64,000 nt of DNA from an uncultured virus (IMG/VR IMGVR_UViG_3300009593_000016). Lineage: Duplodnaviria; Heunggongvirae; Uroviricota; Caudoviricetes. Made by a program: the position numbers and the translations under genes. Location of the stretch: positions 1 to 64,000 of IMG/VR virus record IMGVR_UViG_3300009593_000016; one strand, 5' to 3'. Below are positions 19,501 to 27,294 of the stretch, one piece after another; position 1 is the stretch's first letter, and each line of letters starts with the position of its first letter. The notes beneath the pieces were generated by a model that was given only the letters and a program-made list of their open reading frames with translations, was not told where the DNA came from and did no database searches.

Positions 19501-20760
19501 AAGTACCTGATAGTTAGCAGTAATACTATCACCATTAAGAATAGGATTACCTTTAATATTATTCATCAACATATAGTTACCGAGTTCGAACGGTACTATA
19601 GAGTTCTGAAGTGCTTTAGTTTCTCTTGGTTTTGCTAAGTCTAGGTAGCTAGGAGTTAAAGTTTCAACTTCATATCCTCTTACATATGCTTTACCTGGAC
19701 TTGCTTCTAGTGCATAGTAGGCAGAACTAGATGCGGTACCTTGTTTAGATATCTCTCCTGGAAGATATACACCACCATTCAAACCATCATTCTGGTGCTC
19801 TCTTATACGAACATCAAAATCTCTAACAGTATAGTCACCTGACTCATCAAAAGTACGACGTGCTAATTCTTTAGCAAATTCATTATATGCAGTTCTGTCT
19901 ACGAAACTTTCTATAGTTGCATTATTAATACGCAACAATTCTAAGAAGTTCTTATCAGTATCGTCATCGATTACCTTCTTAGTTAAGGTAGCACGTACCC
20001 TAAAACGGTGTCCACCTGGAGCAGAGTAGTTAGATGTACCAGTCGCATTATCATTCAGACTAGGATCATCTTCAGGAGTTACAATAGATTCAAATACTTC
20101 TAAACCAATTCTATAAGATGGGTTGTTTGTATACTGATCAAGTATGATTGTTTGTTCTGCAATATCAACGAAATAACCACGAATGAAATAAACACCATTA
20201 GCTACTGTAGCAGTAGAACCAACTGCTGTTGCTTCTGTAGGAAGTAACTGTGCAAATGGAGTTCCGATCTCAATTAGTGTACTACCAAACGTTAATTCTG
20301 CATCGCAAACTAACTGTTCATTGTTTACGAACGTATTGGTATCACTATCGTCACCACCAGAAGTAATGTACTTAAGATATAGTGTGATATAACCACGATC
20401 AGATGTAGTAGCTGATATAGAAGATATAATTTTTGCTTTAATTCCTGTAGTTAGACCAGTTATAATACGTCCATCCAACTGTTCACGATATAATTCAACA
20501 CTTGTACCTAAGAAATTACCTTGTAGTAGAACTGCTTTAGCATCTAAGTCATAACCAACCTGACCAGGAATGACCATTGCGCCATCCTTGAACATATGAG
20601 ATCCCATCGACTCCAGCTGATTCTGCAGAAGGGATTGCATCGTAGTAAGTTCCCTAGCTTGGATAGGATATCCAGGTCTATAGAGAACTTTATAGAAGTT
20701 ATTTTCCTTATTGAAATCATCAAAATAAGGAGATATATTCAGATTGGTATTCTGTGGCAT
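13567..20760 (-). CDS. Large virion structural protein, VrlC/DUF4815-like (2397 aa)
   Basis: TNLNISPYFDDF, LYRPGYPIQARELT-MQS-LQ-Q, LARRTFDESGDY, DPLAQSF, GVLFKSQNASTW. Confidence 0.85.
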   Translation of the reverse strand: MPQNTNLNISPYFDDFNKENNFYKVLYRPGYPIQARELTTMQSLLQNQLESMGSHMFKDGAMVIPGQVGYDLDAKAVLLQGNFLGTSVELYREQLDGRIITGLTTGIKAKIISSISATTSDRGYITLYLKYITSGGDDSDTNTFVNNEQLVCDAELTFGSTLIEIGTPFAQLLPTEATAVGSTATVANGVYFIRGYFVDIAEQTIILDQYTNNPSYRIGLEVFESIVTPEDDPSLNDNATGTSNYSAPGGHRFRVRATLTKKVIDDDTDKNFLELLRINNATIESFVDRTAYNEFAKELARRTFDESGDYTVRDFDVRIREHQNDGLNGGVYLPGEISKQGTASSSAYYALEASPGKAYVRGYEVETLTPSYLDLAKPRETKALQNSIVPFELGNYMLMNNIKGNPILNGDSITANYQVLEFRDVRPNGLNASGQIVGYARTAAFEYHSGTNVTAADCVYKTYLFDIQPLTAFHLNQNATMSQGAVIRGRTSKAKAFVVNDVVNNDIFMVYQVYGTFRDSEIIERDGVEVGSLTNHFQFQLTDAKGVTGRDPDTNAIIFSGDLVLDDVRVISGTSFNINTGTLTGTKSNFTIDLRPGDILTPDGTNTYTINRIDTTGGSIQGEVTSALTASGTATGVGNGDFPALIRTRAQIYDKATADMLIEMPKESIKSIADESAIIARTFDDITVTGASDFTISLPADEQFLSYDKDHYSLTVLGGSVATGTTIDIEPNLTFNTTGTPRTSLTVTGLTGITSCRLHTSVSKNQAEKKLKNATEMEVMKVERTAISSDAQKYGLSYGSLYGTRIEDEEISLGATDVYKVHAVYESLDDNAAQIPNATFQDATIFKKGTIIEGLTSKAKARVINFNPVSYVCHYVYENDQFFLLGESVRGFDANDATLTGIVNDAEGSIVNGSKNITPSFFLDSNQQGHYYDIGKLIRYASSTKPLRKLMIVFDRFVHETTGDYFASESYIGIDYDKIPSFTQDGETKQLRDVLDFRPAVTPVLSGSGTVTAPYFVNCASLDFKDRGFASGGVANNATIIDIPKPESDFRCDYDFYLGRTDKLFLTDQQTFKIVKGISGEAGELPANIDNAMLLATMVHKPYGYGPEDVAISRENNRRFTMRDIGAIEKRVDQLEFYTSLSMLELETSSLPIKDADGFDKFKNGFLVDNFTSFDSTAKTHEDFSAALDFKEGTLRPSHYTTNVSLKYNAAGSSGVTLTETGTILLPYTETVFIKQPYASRVENVNPFNVFAYIGRLDLYPSSDDWIDTRRAGDRVVNIEGDFNAQIQRLGGDVNTGLVPTQWNSWRTQWSASTSSTNSQFFRGPGIRWIHTTTTRTTSSQVRSGLRTRVTPRIDRQSLGDRTIERTVVPFVRSRNIAYKIQRLKPNTRFYAFIDNVNINFYTTPKLIEVIKNTVEDIRTNDTPYVVGETVVGQTSGCRLKLISPETGFDDGKSPYDTSDLPTSYASTTPLLNIDIQTMSETVAGAYYGNPLEGEILVGSTSGARSVVKPKRLISDTNGNLDGIIWIPNPAVSTNPRFATGTRVVRITTSPTDSRVPGEVDSAAQHNYVASGVIETKQQTILAVRNADIVRDTVTQDRVVNATTTSVRDTGWYDPLAQSFLVESKGGAFITSVDLYFRTRDERIPVSVQVREMANGYPTTKVLAFSDVTLLPSQINLSENGTIPTKFTFPSPVYTTENRDYCVVVLSDSNEYKLWISRMGEDDVTSDRTISEQPYAGVLFKSQNASTWTADQYEDLKFILYKAEFTPNQTGTAWFNNAELAIGNGGIAPLRLNPVETTKPEVKVILDNHLANFTIGAELTQTDTSPAPSAIVREVVQGVSGSSNAYLILDDLVGAFRQGVASGSTYIYRLVSSRSTAEITLTGVSGTFQLAEQITNGSGASGTVTAWDAGTSKVTIKSVTGTFADADPITQVVDSVTVASGTIASSGVVAGGDDINRYPSAPISYYNKATEVTVRHANHCMHDVSNSVKLEGVVSEVSPTVIDSAYHTNGITATDGVSSTFSLHVADAAAFHTIINGEVIGSSNKGFIIIRDPEIPTQHWEICEYSAISADGKIITLPSGSRGLGGTAALAHSSSSIIECYNLDGIPLTEINKLHTAIGAPTIDSYKLAVTSVSTSGITTGGGNVTATQNVQIDQVYPQLQMTVYPETTIDPRINIVSGTSIRNGSNLDEASFINDGVYYDMIANEDNYFDSPKLVCSQVNEDARLSGSKSLNVQMLLTTTNKSISPVIDTDRCSLITTMNRVNNLGIGENDAEKNTGDKTDAVYITKLINLLNPANSLKVRFEAWRHPATEIRVMYKIVPIGTTLSVDEIGFTYFNGNGLEDKSIQKTEDLLYRDFEYSLDTPEFTIAQIKILLSSSNQSFVPIVKNLRVIALSDL

Positions 20761-20764
20761 TGTT

Positions 20765-22300
20765 TTAGAACTCTACTACGATCTTGATGTCTTCAATTTG
20801 GTCGCCAGCACGGGAGATTGCTCTCCTATTGTCTATGTAGATGACTTTTCCAGAGTCCTTTTTCACTTCAGGTTTGGCGTAACCAGAGGTGAATGACATA
20901 CCGAGATCGTACTCAGTGTTATTAATAACACGAGTTGCTTCACCAGGTACCACAGGGAAGTTAATGTCTGGATCAACGGATGTACCAGATCCAGAACCTA
21001 CAATGGTGTTACCACCAGAGAATTCCACTTTGTTACCTGTAATTTCAGGGAAGATACCATCAACCCTGTTTTGGAAATACTTTAGAACTTTAGTAACACT
21101 GTTCCAGGAAACAACTCGACCACGAGCAGTAACCTGTTGTCCACCAACAGTTCTTGTTTGTGTGATAATTTCATCAGTGTTAAATGTACCTGTAAAATCT
21201 GGGGAGAATATTACAGCATTTGTAACTGACAATGTAATAGCATCTGCTAATTCTTCAGTACCGTACTTGAATGGATTAAGTGTTAATCCAATACGACGAT
21301 AATCGTTGTCAGTTGGGAAGTCACCTGAACCTTCAGAGTAGGTAAACTTCGTGTTAATCATTACACGAAAACCACCCAGTTCGATTGAGGGGGATGATCC
21401 GTGTCCTCCCTTCGGAGCGATGATGACATCGATAGCACCACCGCTACCAGTACCAGCACCAATACCATTGACTTCATCAATAATTACCTTACCAAAGGAA
21501 TAATTAGAACCACCAGAGGTTACAGTAGCACTAACAATGCGACCGCCGTCCACAACGATACTAATCCGACCGCCCGTGCCATCTCCCTTGATCGTAATAT
21601 TTTCGTATGTACCATTGTTGTAACCAGAACCAGATGATTGTATAACCACTGTATCTATCTCACCACCAACGGCATCAGATTGTACAGCAGTATCAACTAA
21701 CACAGGCATATAATCGCCTGAGAAGAATTTCAGTACCTGACCAACAGGGATCGTAAACATATACTTCCAACGGTAACCGTCAGCAGTTGTGATAATCGAA
21801 GTGGAGGTGCCAGTAGGCTCAACAGTACTAGGTTTACCGTTAGGATCAGAAGGACTTGTCCCGTTGTAGATACACTTGTAAACCTGATAAGACGAGTTAA
21901 CAACATAGAAATCAGCATCATATAGTTTAGTAGCACCAGAAGAAGCAGTCTTACTGGAACTATAATCGTGACGGTACATATCGTACACGTAACCCAAACC
22001 ACCAGTGGTTTGTTCTGGGGGTATCCAGTCTATACGACGTATGACTTGAATAGAGTCATTAGCTAAGACTCTCTTCATAGAGATCATATCATCATATGAG
22101 TCTGAAAATTCTTGGAAAGAATCAATAGGAGTAGGAGGATTGTTCTCATTGTCCCACTCTTGCGGTCTACCAATGAAAACATACAGACGATCACGATTTG
22201 CACCAGCAGCTATATCGCTCTGAGTTTTATCGGGACCTTCCAGCGATTTGATGAATTTTTCTGCGGTGAAAATTCTAAATTGATCGGTAAGTAATGCCAT
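20765..22300 (-). CDS. gp8: Baseplate wedge subunit gp8
   Basis: LYVFIGRPQEW, YDMYRHDY, FYVVNS-YQVYKC--NG, DGYRWKYMF, YIDNR-AISR--DQ-EDIKIVVEF. Confidence 0.9.
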   Translation of the reverse strand: MALLTDQFRIFTAEKFIKSLEGPDKTQSDIAAGANRDRLYVFIGRPQEWDNENNPPTPIDSFQEFSDSYDDMISMKRVLANDSIQVIRRIDWIPPEQTTGGLGYVYDMYRHDYSSSKTASSGATKLYDADFYVVNSSYQVYKCIYNGTSPSDPNGKPSTVEPTGTSTSIITTADGYRWKYMFTIPVGQVLKFFSGDYMPVLVDTAVQSDAVGGEIDTVVIQSSGSGYNNGTYENITIKGDGTGGRISIVVDGGRIVSATVTSGGSNYSFGKVIIDEVNGIGAGTGSGGAIDVIIAPKGGHGSSPSIELGGFRVMINTKFTYSEGSGDFPTDNDYRRIGLTLNPFKYGTEELADAITLSVTNAVIFSPDFTGTFNTDEIITQTRTVGGQQVTARGRVVSWNSVTKVLKYFQNRVDGIFPEITGNKVEFSGGNTIVGSGSGTSVDPDINFPVVPGEATRVINNTEYDLGMSFTSGYAKPEVKKDSGKVIYIDNRRAISRAGDQIEDIKIVVEF

Positions 22301-22321
22301 TGCTAGCTTGTGCCTTCTTTT

Positions 22322-22329
22322 TATTTATA
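22322..22329 (-). promoter_or_regulatory. T4-type late promoter TATAAATA for gp8
   Basis: Exact consensus, intergenic. Confidence 0.85.
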
Positions 22330-22335
22330 CTGGGT

Positions 22336-24210
22336 TTAATCAGGCTCGTTTCGAACGGATGATGGATATACAATTCCACTTAGAGTGCCTGACGCTCCAG
22401 AGGCTTGTCCATTGATAGATTCATTCTTATTCCAGAGGTAATTACCACCGTTAGCAACAGGGTCTTTACACACTAGTACCTTATTTGATGAGTCCCAAGA
22501 GACTACAGTTGCCTGTACACCACTAAGACTACCAAGGACAGTTTCACCAATGCCAAAGTTATATGCATTTGCCATTGTCATAAATGTAAACTCAATAGTT
22601 GATAAATGCAATTCACCATCACCTAGAGCACCAGCAACAGAAACTGTTGGGGATCTAGAAGGTAAACTAGCATCACTCATCTGATCACCATTAGCAAACA
22701 GAGAAGTATTCTGTCCACCAAGGGTCTCTTCTAATCCATATAAAGATGTTGCAATACCACCATCTAGGTTAATTGCACCTTCAAAATCTGTACCCGTATT
22801 AACTAAGTCAGGTATACCATCACCAGCACCAGATAATTCATCATCATCTTCAAATGCCTTATCTTGTATGATCTGTATAGGATCTGTTAACTGGTATATC
22901 TTTGAACCAATTTCATCAACTAGAACGTGTGGTTCGATACCAGTAGCACTAGATGCTGCAATACCAGCAGTAAAGTCAATAACCTGTGATGTTACCATTG
23001 ATGACCCACCATCAATGAACGCTAGTTTATCAACCTCAAATACCAGGTACAATGCTTTCTCAGCAGGTACCCAGTCATATACACGTGCAATCTTATTACT
23101 AGAACTCTCAGATGTTCTAATGACACGATCTCCTACATTAAATATGTAAGTTGAAATGCCAGTATTAGGATCATCTGCTAATGCATCAAGAGTTATCTTT
23201 TGATCATACCTAAAGTTAACTGCTCTATCACATCCAGTAAATGATGTAGATGTCTTACCTGTGTATCTTATTACTTCTCTTCCAATAAGGATTTTTCCAG
23301 ATCCAGGAAACGGATCTGTAGTTTCAACATATATTGACTGGTCTGTAATTCCAACATCTGTAAGTAACCCTGTAAGGTTATAGATAGTCGAGTTAAACGC
23401 TTGTCTGTTGCGACTCTTTTTGATGAGATCAGTTTTTCTTGTAAATATAACTTGTGGTGCAACAGCATAACCGCCCCCAGGGTCAAGTATGTCGATGCCC
23501 GTGATAGCACCCAAATTAACCGTCGCTTGAGCTCTGGCACCACCTCCACCACCTCCATTTAGCAAGATAACAGGTGGAGTTTCAAAGAATTCACCAGCAT
23601 TAGTTACATTGACCTGTTTGATAATACCAAACTGATCAACATCAGCAACACCAGTAGCACCTTGTCCACCACCTCCAGAAACAATTAAATTTATATCTCC
23701 ATTTTCATAGTTAGCACCAGCCTGTTCTAATGACAAACCAGTAACCAAACCTGTGACAGGTCGTAGTTCAGCACCAGATCCACCACCACCATTTATGACA
23801 GCAGTAGTTTCACCTGTAAAAAAGTTGTCTCCATTAGACAACATTTGAATATAATTAATAGATCCAGCAGGTGCTAGTACATTTCCCTGTGTATCTATTT
23901 GATCTTCTGCCCAAAGGAATGCCTTTGCATTTGCACCATATCCTCCTCCATCATTATTAATATTAATTCTGAATGGATCATATCCTTCTCCAGGATGCAG
24001 TACCTTAACAGCAGCAATCTGACCATTAGTAATTATCGGCTCCAAAATAGCCTCAACAAGAGGCGTACCGCAATTTCCTATAGTTAATTTTGGTGGATCT
24101 GTGGCAACATATCCTGAACCACCATCTTCTACAAATACGTCCTTTACACCATACGTACTGTTAAAGACTGGTTCGATTACTGCACCTGACCCTGGGACTG
24201 TTCTTGTCAT
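22336..24210 (-). CDS. Baseplate-associated structural protein (624 aa) with GxGY...P beta repeats
   Basis: DGGSGY---PP, PGEGY, PGGGY repeats shared with the gp7-like protein. Confidence 0.75.
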   Translation of the reverse strand: MTRTVPGSGAVIEPVFNSTYGVKDVFVEDGGSGYVATDPPKLTIGNCGTPLVEAILEPIITNGQIAAVKVLHPGEGYDPFRININNDGGGYGANAKAFLWAEDQIDTQGNVLAPAGSINYIQMLSNGDNFFTGETTAVINGGGGSGAELRPVTGLVTGLSLEQAGANYENGDINLIVSGGGGQGATGVADVDQFGIIKQVNVTNAGEFFETPPVILLNGGGGGGARAQATVNLGAITGIDILDPGGGYAVAPQVIFTRKTDLIKKSRNRQAFNSTIYNLTGLLTDVGITDQSIYVETTDPFPGSGKILIGREVIRYTGKTSTSFTGCDRAVNFRYDQKITLDALADDPNTGISTYIFNVGDRVIRTSESSSNKIARVYDWVPAEKALYLVFEVDKLAFIDGGSSMVTSQVIDFTAGIAASSATGIEPHVLVDEIGSKIYQLTDPIQIIQDKAFEDDDELSGAGDGIPDLVNTGTDFEGAINLDGGIATSLYGLEETLGGQNTSLFANGDQMSDASLPSRSPTVSVAGALGDGELHLSTIEFTFMTMANAYNFGIGETVLGSLSGVQATVVSWDSSNKVLVCKDPVANGGNYLWNKNESINGQASGASGTLSGIVYPSSVRNEPD

Positions 24211-24214
24211 CTAG

Positions 24215-25885
24215 TTATCTAACATCAATTGAACCAGTCATATTAGTGTGAGCTGTACACTGATAATATAAGGTAGTTGGTGCGTCAAAAGGTACCGTCC
24301 AAGTCTGTAGAGCTTCCTTATCACCTGAAACACCTGTAGTATATTCAGTACCAGATGTACCAGTTGTAGACTGAATTCTTAATGGGTGTGCAGAACCTGA
24401 TTGATTGTCAAGGTCATATGTAAATCCTCTGTACACAATAAGAGTAACGTTATTGGTACCAGCAACAGGAAGTCCAGGTCCTTTAACATTATAGTTATTC
24501 ATATCAGGAGCAGTAAACCTATACAACGTTGTTGGAGAAGGTTTAAAGATGGTTGTGTTGTTATGTCCTTTAATAATGGATGCACCAGCAGGAGCATTAC
24601 CAATTTGAGTCTGGAATCCACCACCAACTTCATTGAAGTTAGTACCATCATTTGCAACATCAAGTGTACCGTTAGTACCAATCTTTAGTCTCTTAGTACC
24701 AATCTTGATCTCACCATCAGCAGCAAGTTCAAGGTTTCCACTAGCATCAACTTTAATCGTTCTACCAGCAGCACCGAAACGCAATTCAGCATCAGGTAAC
24801 GTTAGGTTACCACTTGCATCCATACTAAGTTTATTGGCAGCAGTAGAACCAAACTGTATCTCAGTACCTTGAGCAAGTACTACATTGTCGTTACCATCAA
24901 AATCGATAGTCTTATTAGATCCAGTAGCACCAAATCTAATACCACCTGCAGATGGAAGTTCTAATATACCGTCACCATCAATTTCTAAAGACTTACCACC
25001 ACCGAAATCAAGTTTCTGTCCAATATCAACCTTACCAGTTTCATCCTCACTTACAATTCTACTCTTAGATGTAATGTGAATATCAGCTGCTGTTGAAATT
25101 GCTTGTGATTGGTTAGCACCAGCAGCAGTAACAGTAATGAAACCACGTGCACCACCATTCTCAGCAGTAAATGCAGCAAACTCAACTTCTGCTTTAGCAC
25201 CAAGAGAGTCTTCAACATCTAGCTTAGTACCAGCCTTCATATCAACGAAACGAAGACGGAACTTCTCTTCTTGTGTTGAGTTCTCAGATGCTAGTTTTGA
25301 ACTTATAGTACGAGTAGCACCAGTGTCTATACTTTGTACAGTATGTACCTGCTTCTTCTTTCTTTGGAATTCTTGTGTGGTCTCATCACTTGAGATAGCA
25401 GTATCACCAAGCCATAGAGAAGCATTGACTAAGTATGCATCCCTGAAACGTAGTGTACTAGAACCTAAGTCATAAGTATTGTCACTATTAGGAAGGAAGT
25501 TTGTAGAAATAACAACCTCATCACTACCATTGTTGGTAAGATTATTGATAGAAGAACCACCGCCACCACCGCCTTGCAAGTCATCCCCTGGCTGAAAGCG
25601 TGAGTTAGCAGTATTCCACTTAAGTACTTGTCCGTTAGTTATACCTGAAATATCAACGTCTGTTAAATTCGCAGCAGCAAGTTGTCCCTCAGTAAATACT
25701 GAACCATTCCATTTAAGGACTTGATTGGTTGAAGGAGATCCTACTGAGATCTGGAGGTTCGTCTGGTCTCCAAGGTAATCATACAACTCATTAATAACAT
25801 TATTGAGTTTGATAGCACCGTCTCGTAAGGTATCACCAGTTCCATCATTGGCACTTACACCAATGTTTACATTTTGCTTAGCCAT
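24215..25885 (-). CDS. gp9/gp10-like N-terminal domain fibre protein with a C-terminal cupredoxin-like domain
   Basis: MAKQ-VNIG--ANDGTGDTLR-G--K-N----ELY; GQVLKWN repeats; HPL...YYQCTAHTNM-G-I; promoter variant CATAAATA 25910-25917. Confidence 0.8.
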   Translation of the reverse strand: MAKQNVNIGVSANDGTGDTLRDGAIKLNNVINELYDYLGDQTNLQISVGSPSTNQVLKWNGSVFTEGQLAAANLTDVDISGITNGQVLKWNTANSRFQPGDDLQGGGGGGSSINNLTNNGSDEVVISTNFLPNSDNTYDLGSSTLRFRDAYLVNASLWLGDTAISSDETTQEFQRKKKQVHTVQSIDTGATRTISSKLASENSTQEEKFRLRFVDMKAGTKLDVEDSLGAKAEVEFAAFTAENGGARGFITVTAAGANQSQAISTAADIHITSKSRIVSEDETGKVDIGQKLDFGGGKSLEIDGDGILELPSAGGIRFGATGSNKTIDFDGNDNVVLAQGTEIQFGSTAANKLSMDASGNLTLPDAELRFGAAGRTIKVDASGNLELAADGEIKIGTKRLKIGTNGTLDVANDGTNFNEVGGGFQTQIGNAPAGASIIKGHNNTTIFKPSPTTLYRFTAPDMNNYNVKGPGLPVAGTNNVTLIVYRGFTYDLDNQSGSAHPLRIQSTTGTSGTEYTTGVSGDKEALQTWTVPFDAPTTLYYQCTAHTNMTGSIDVR

Positions 25886-25912
25886 AATTGGGGACTATTT
25901 CTACAGGAGTAT

Positions 25913-27286
25913 TTATGTCATATCAAAGTTTTCTGAGGTATTGTCAAATCTTACGTTATTTCTTGTAAAATCAGGGTTGTTATTATCCCTTGATACATCA
26001 ACTGGAGTCATATCAAATGTACCAACGTTACTATCCCATTTTTGGATAGAAGCATAATCAATTCCAGAACCAGAACCTGTAACAGTAAGAATTGCCAAAT
26101 TAGATGCAAGTGGTGAGTTGTCTGCAGGAGTTGCAGCACCAACTGGACCCGTCAATATGCATCTATAACGATAACCTGTCATATAGGCTACCGCTAAAAT
26201 AGTTAGTGTACTATTAGTATCACCACTAAGGTTTGACCACGCAAATCCACCATCAGTTGATACTTGCCATTGATATGCAATAGTACCATCTTCGGGTTGA
26301 ATTTCTGCGACTACATTAAAGTTTTGTGTATTACCAGCAGCAACTGTTGCATTAACAGGCTGGTAAGTAATAACAAGAGTTGGAGTTTGAGTACCTCCTC
26401 CTCCATCGTCGCCACCACCTTGTTCAGGAGGGGCTGCATAGCCATCATTATCAGGTTTATCTAATGCTTGCTTCGAAGTAAACCCAACCATAAATGGAAA
26501 AATAGGATTACCACTTCCGTCCTCAGTGACGAAATATGCAAACGTACCACTTGGAAACTCAGGTGTCTTACACCATCTACCATTATGTGTATCTAATGCA
26601 CCAGCATTAGCACCTGTGTACTCCCAATCTTCTACAAAACAACCTGCAGGGTATGTTAGATCATACGCAGGTCTGCTAGGAGCTTCCGCTACTCTTATAC
26701 TGTATCCACTTACCATCCTCTGTACAGCAGATGTATTGATATTAGGGTCTTGATAACCCCAAGGACCGTAAACTGGATATCCATCAAAACAAAAACCTAT
26801 AATTTTTGAATGTCCATCAGGATGACGCATATTATCGCCATTGTATTGTGATGTACCATAATAATCATTGTAACCAGATATGATCTGATTATTTTTAAAG
26901 CATTCTATAAATCTACTATCATCATAAAAATACTGGTTATTGGTATTAGGTGTACCACCACAGGAGTCTTCTCCTAAGTTTATAGGAGCATTATTACCTG
27001 CTGCCACATAGTGAAATCCAGCAGGAGGAGAACCAGCATCACCCCCAGAAGGGTTGAAAATGACTACACCATTAGAAGCAACACCAATGGCACCTATTTG
27101 TACCGTAGTTGCTCCTGAAGTATTCTCACCACCACGATATACAAAATCGTGGTTAAACGTATATGCTGCAATAGTATTTGCGTTATTTCCATTAGGAAAT
27201 GTACCAGCAGATACTGGGGTGGGCATACCATCCCCTGTAACTGTCAGCACTTTTGTCCCTGGATTGTAAGAACCTGTGGCTGCCAT
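25913..27286 (-). CDS. YHYH-like domain plus Ig-like domain structural protein (457 aa)
   Basis: IGVASNGVVIFNP, HSKIIG--FDGYPVYGP-GY, LD-HNGR---TPEFP-G--AYF; Ig-like YQWQ...YRYRC; promoter variant ACTAAATA 27292-27299. Confidence 0.8.
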   Translation of the reverse strand: MAATGSYNPGTKVLTVTGDGMPTPVSAGTFPNGNNANTIAAYTFNHDFVYRGGENTSGATTVQIGAIGVASNGVVIFNPSGGDAGSPPAGFHYVAAGNNAPINLGEDSCGGTPNTNNQYFYDDSRFIECFKNNQIISGYNDYYGTSQYNGDNMRHPDGHSKIIGFCFDGYPVYGPWGYQDPNINTSAVQRMVSGYSIRVAEAPSRPAYDLTYPAGCFVEDWEYTGANAGALDTHNGRWCKTPEFPSGTFAYFVTEDGSGNPIFPFMVGFTSKQALDKPDNDGYAAPPEQGGGDDGGGGTQTPTLVITYQPVNATVAAGNTQNFNVVAEIQPEDGTIAYQWQVSTDGGFAWSNLSGDTNSTLTILAVAYMTGYRYRCILTGPVGAATPADNSPLASNLAILTVTGSGSGIDYASIQKWDSNVGTFDMTPVDVSRDNNNPDFTRNNVRFDNTSENFDMT

Positions 27287-27294
27287 ATGTTTAT

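Noticed and set aside
24218..24530. Plastocyanin (petE) auxiliary metabolic gene
   Set aside because: The copper motif is a fused domain of a baseplate fibre protein with no signal peptide, not a free petE
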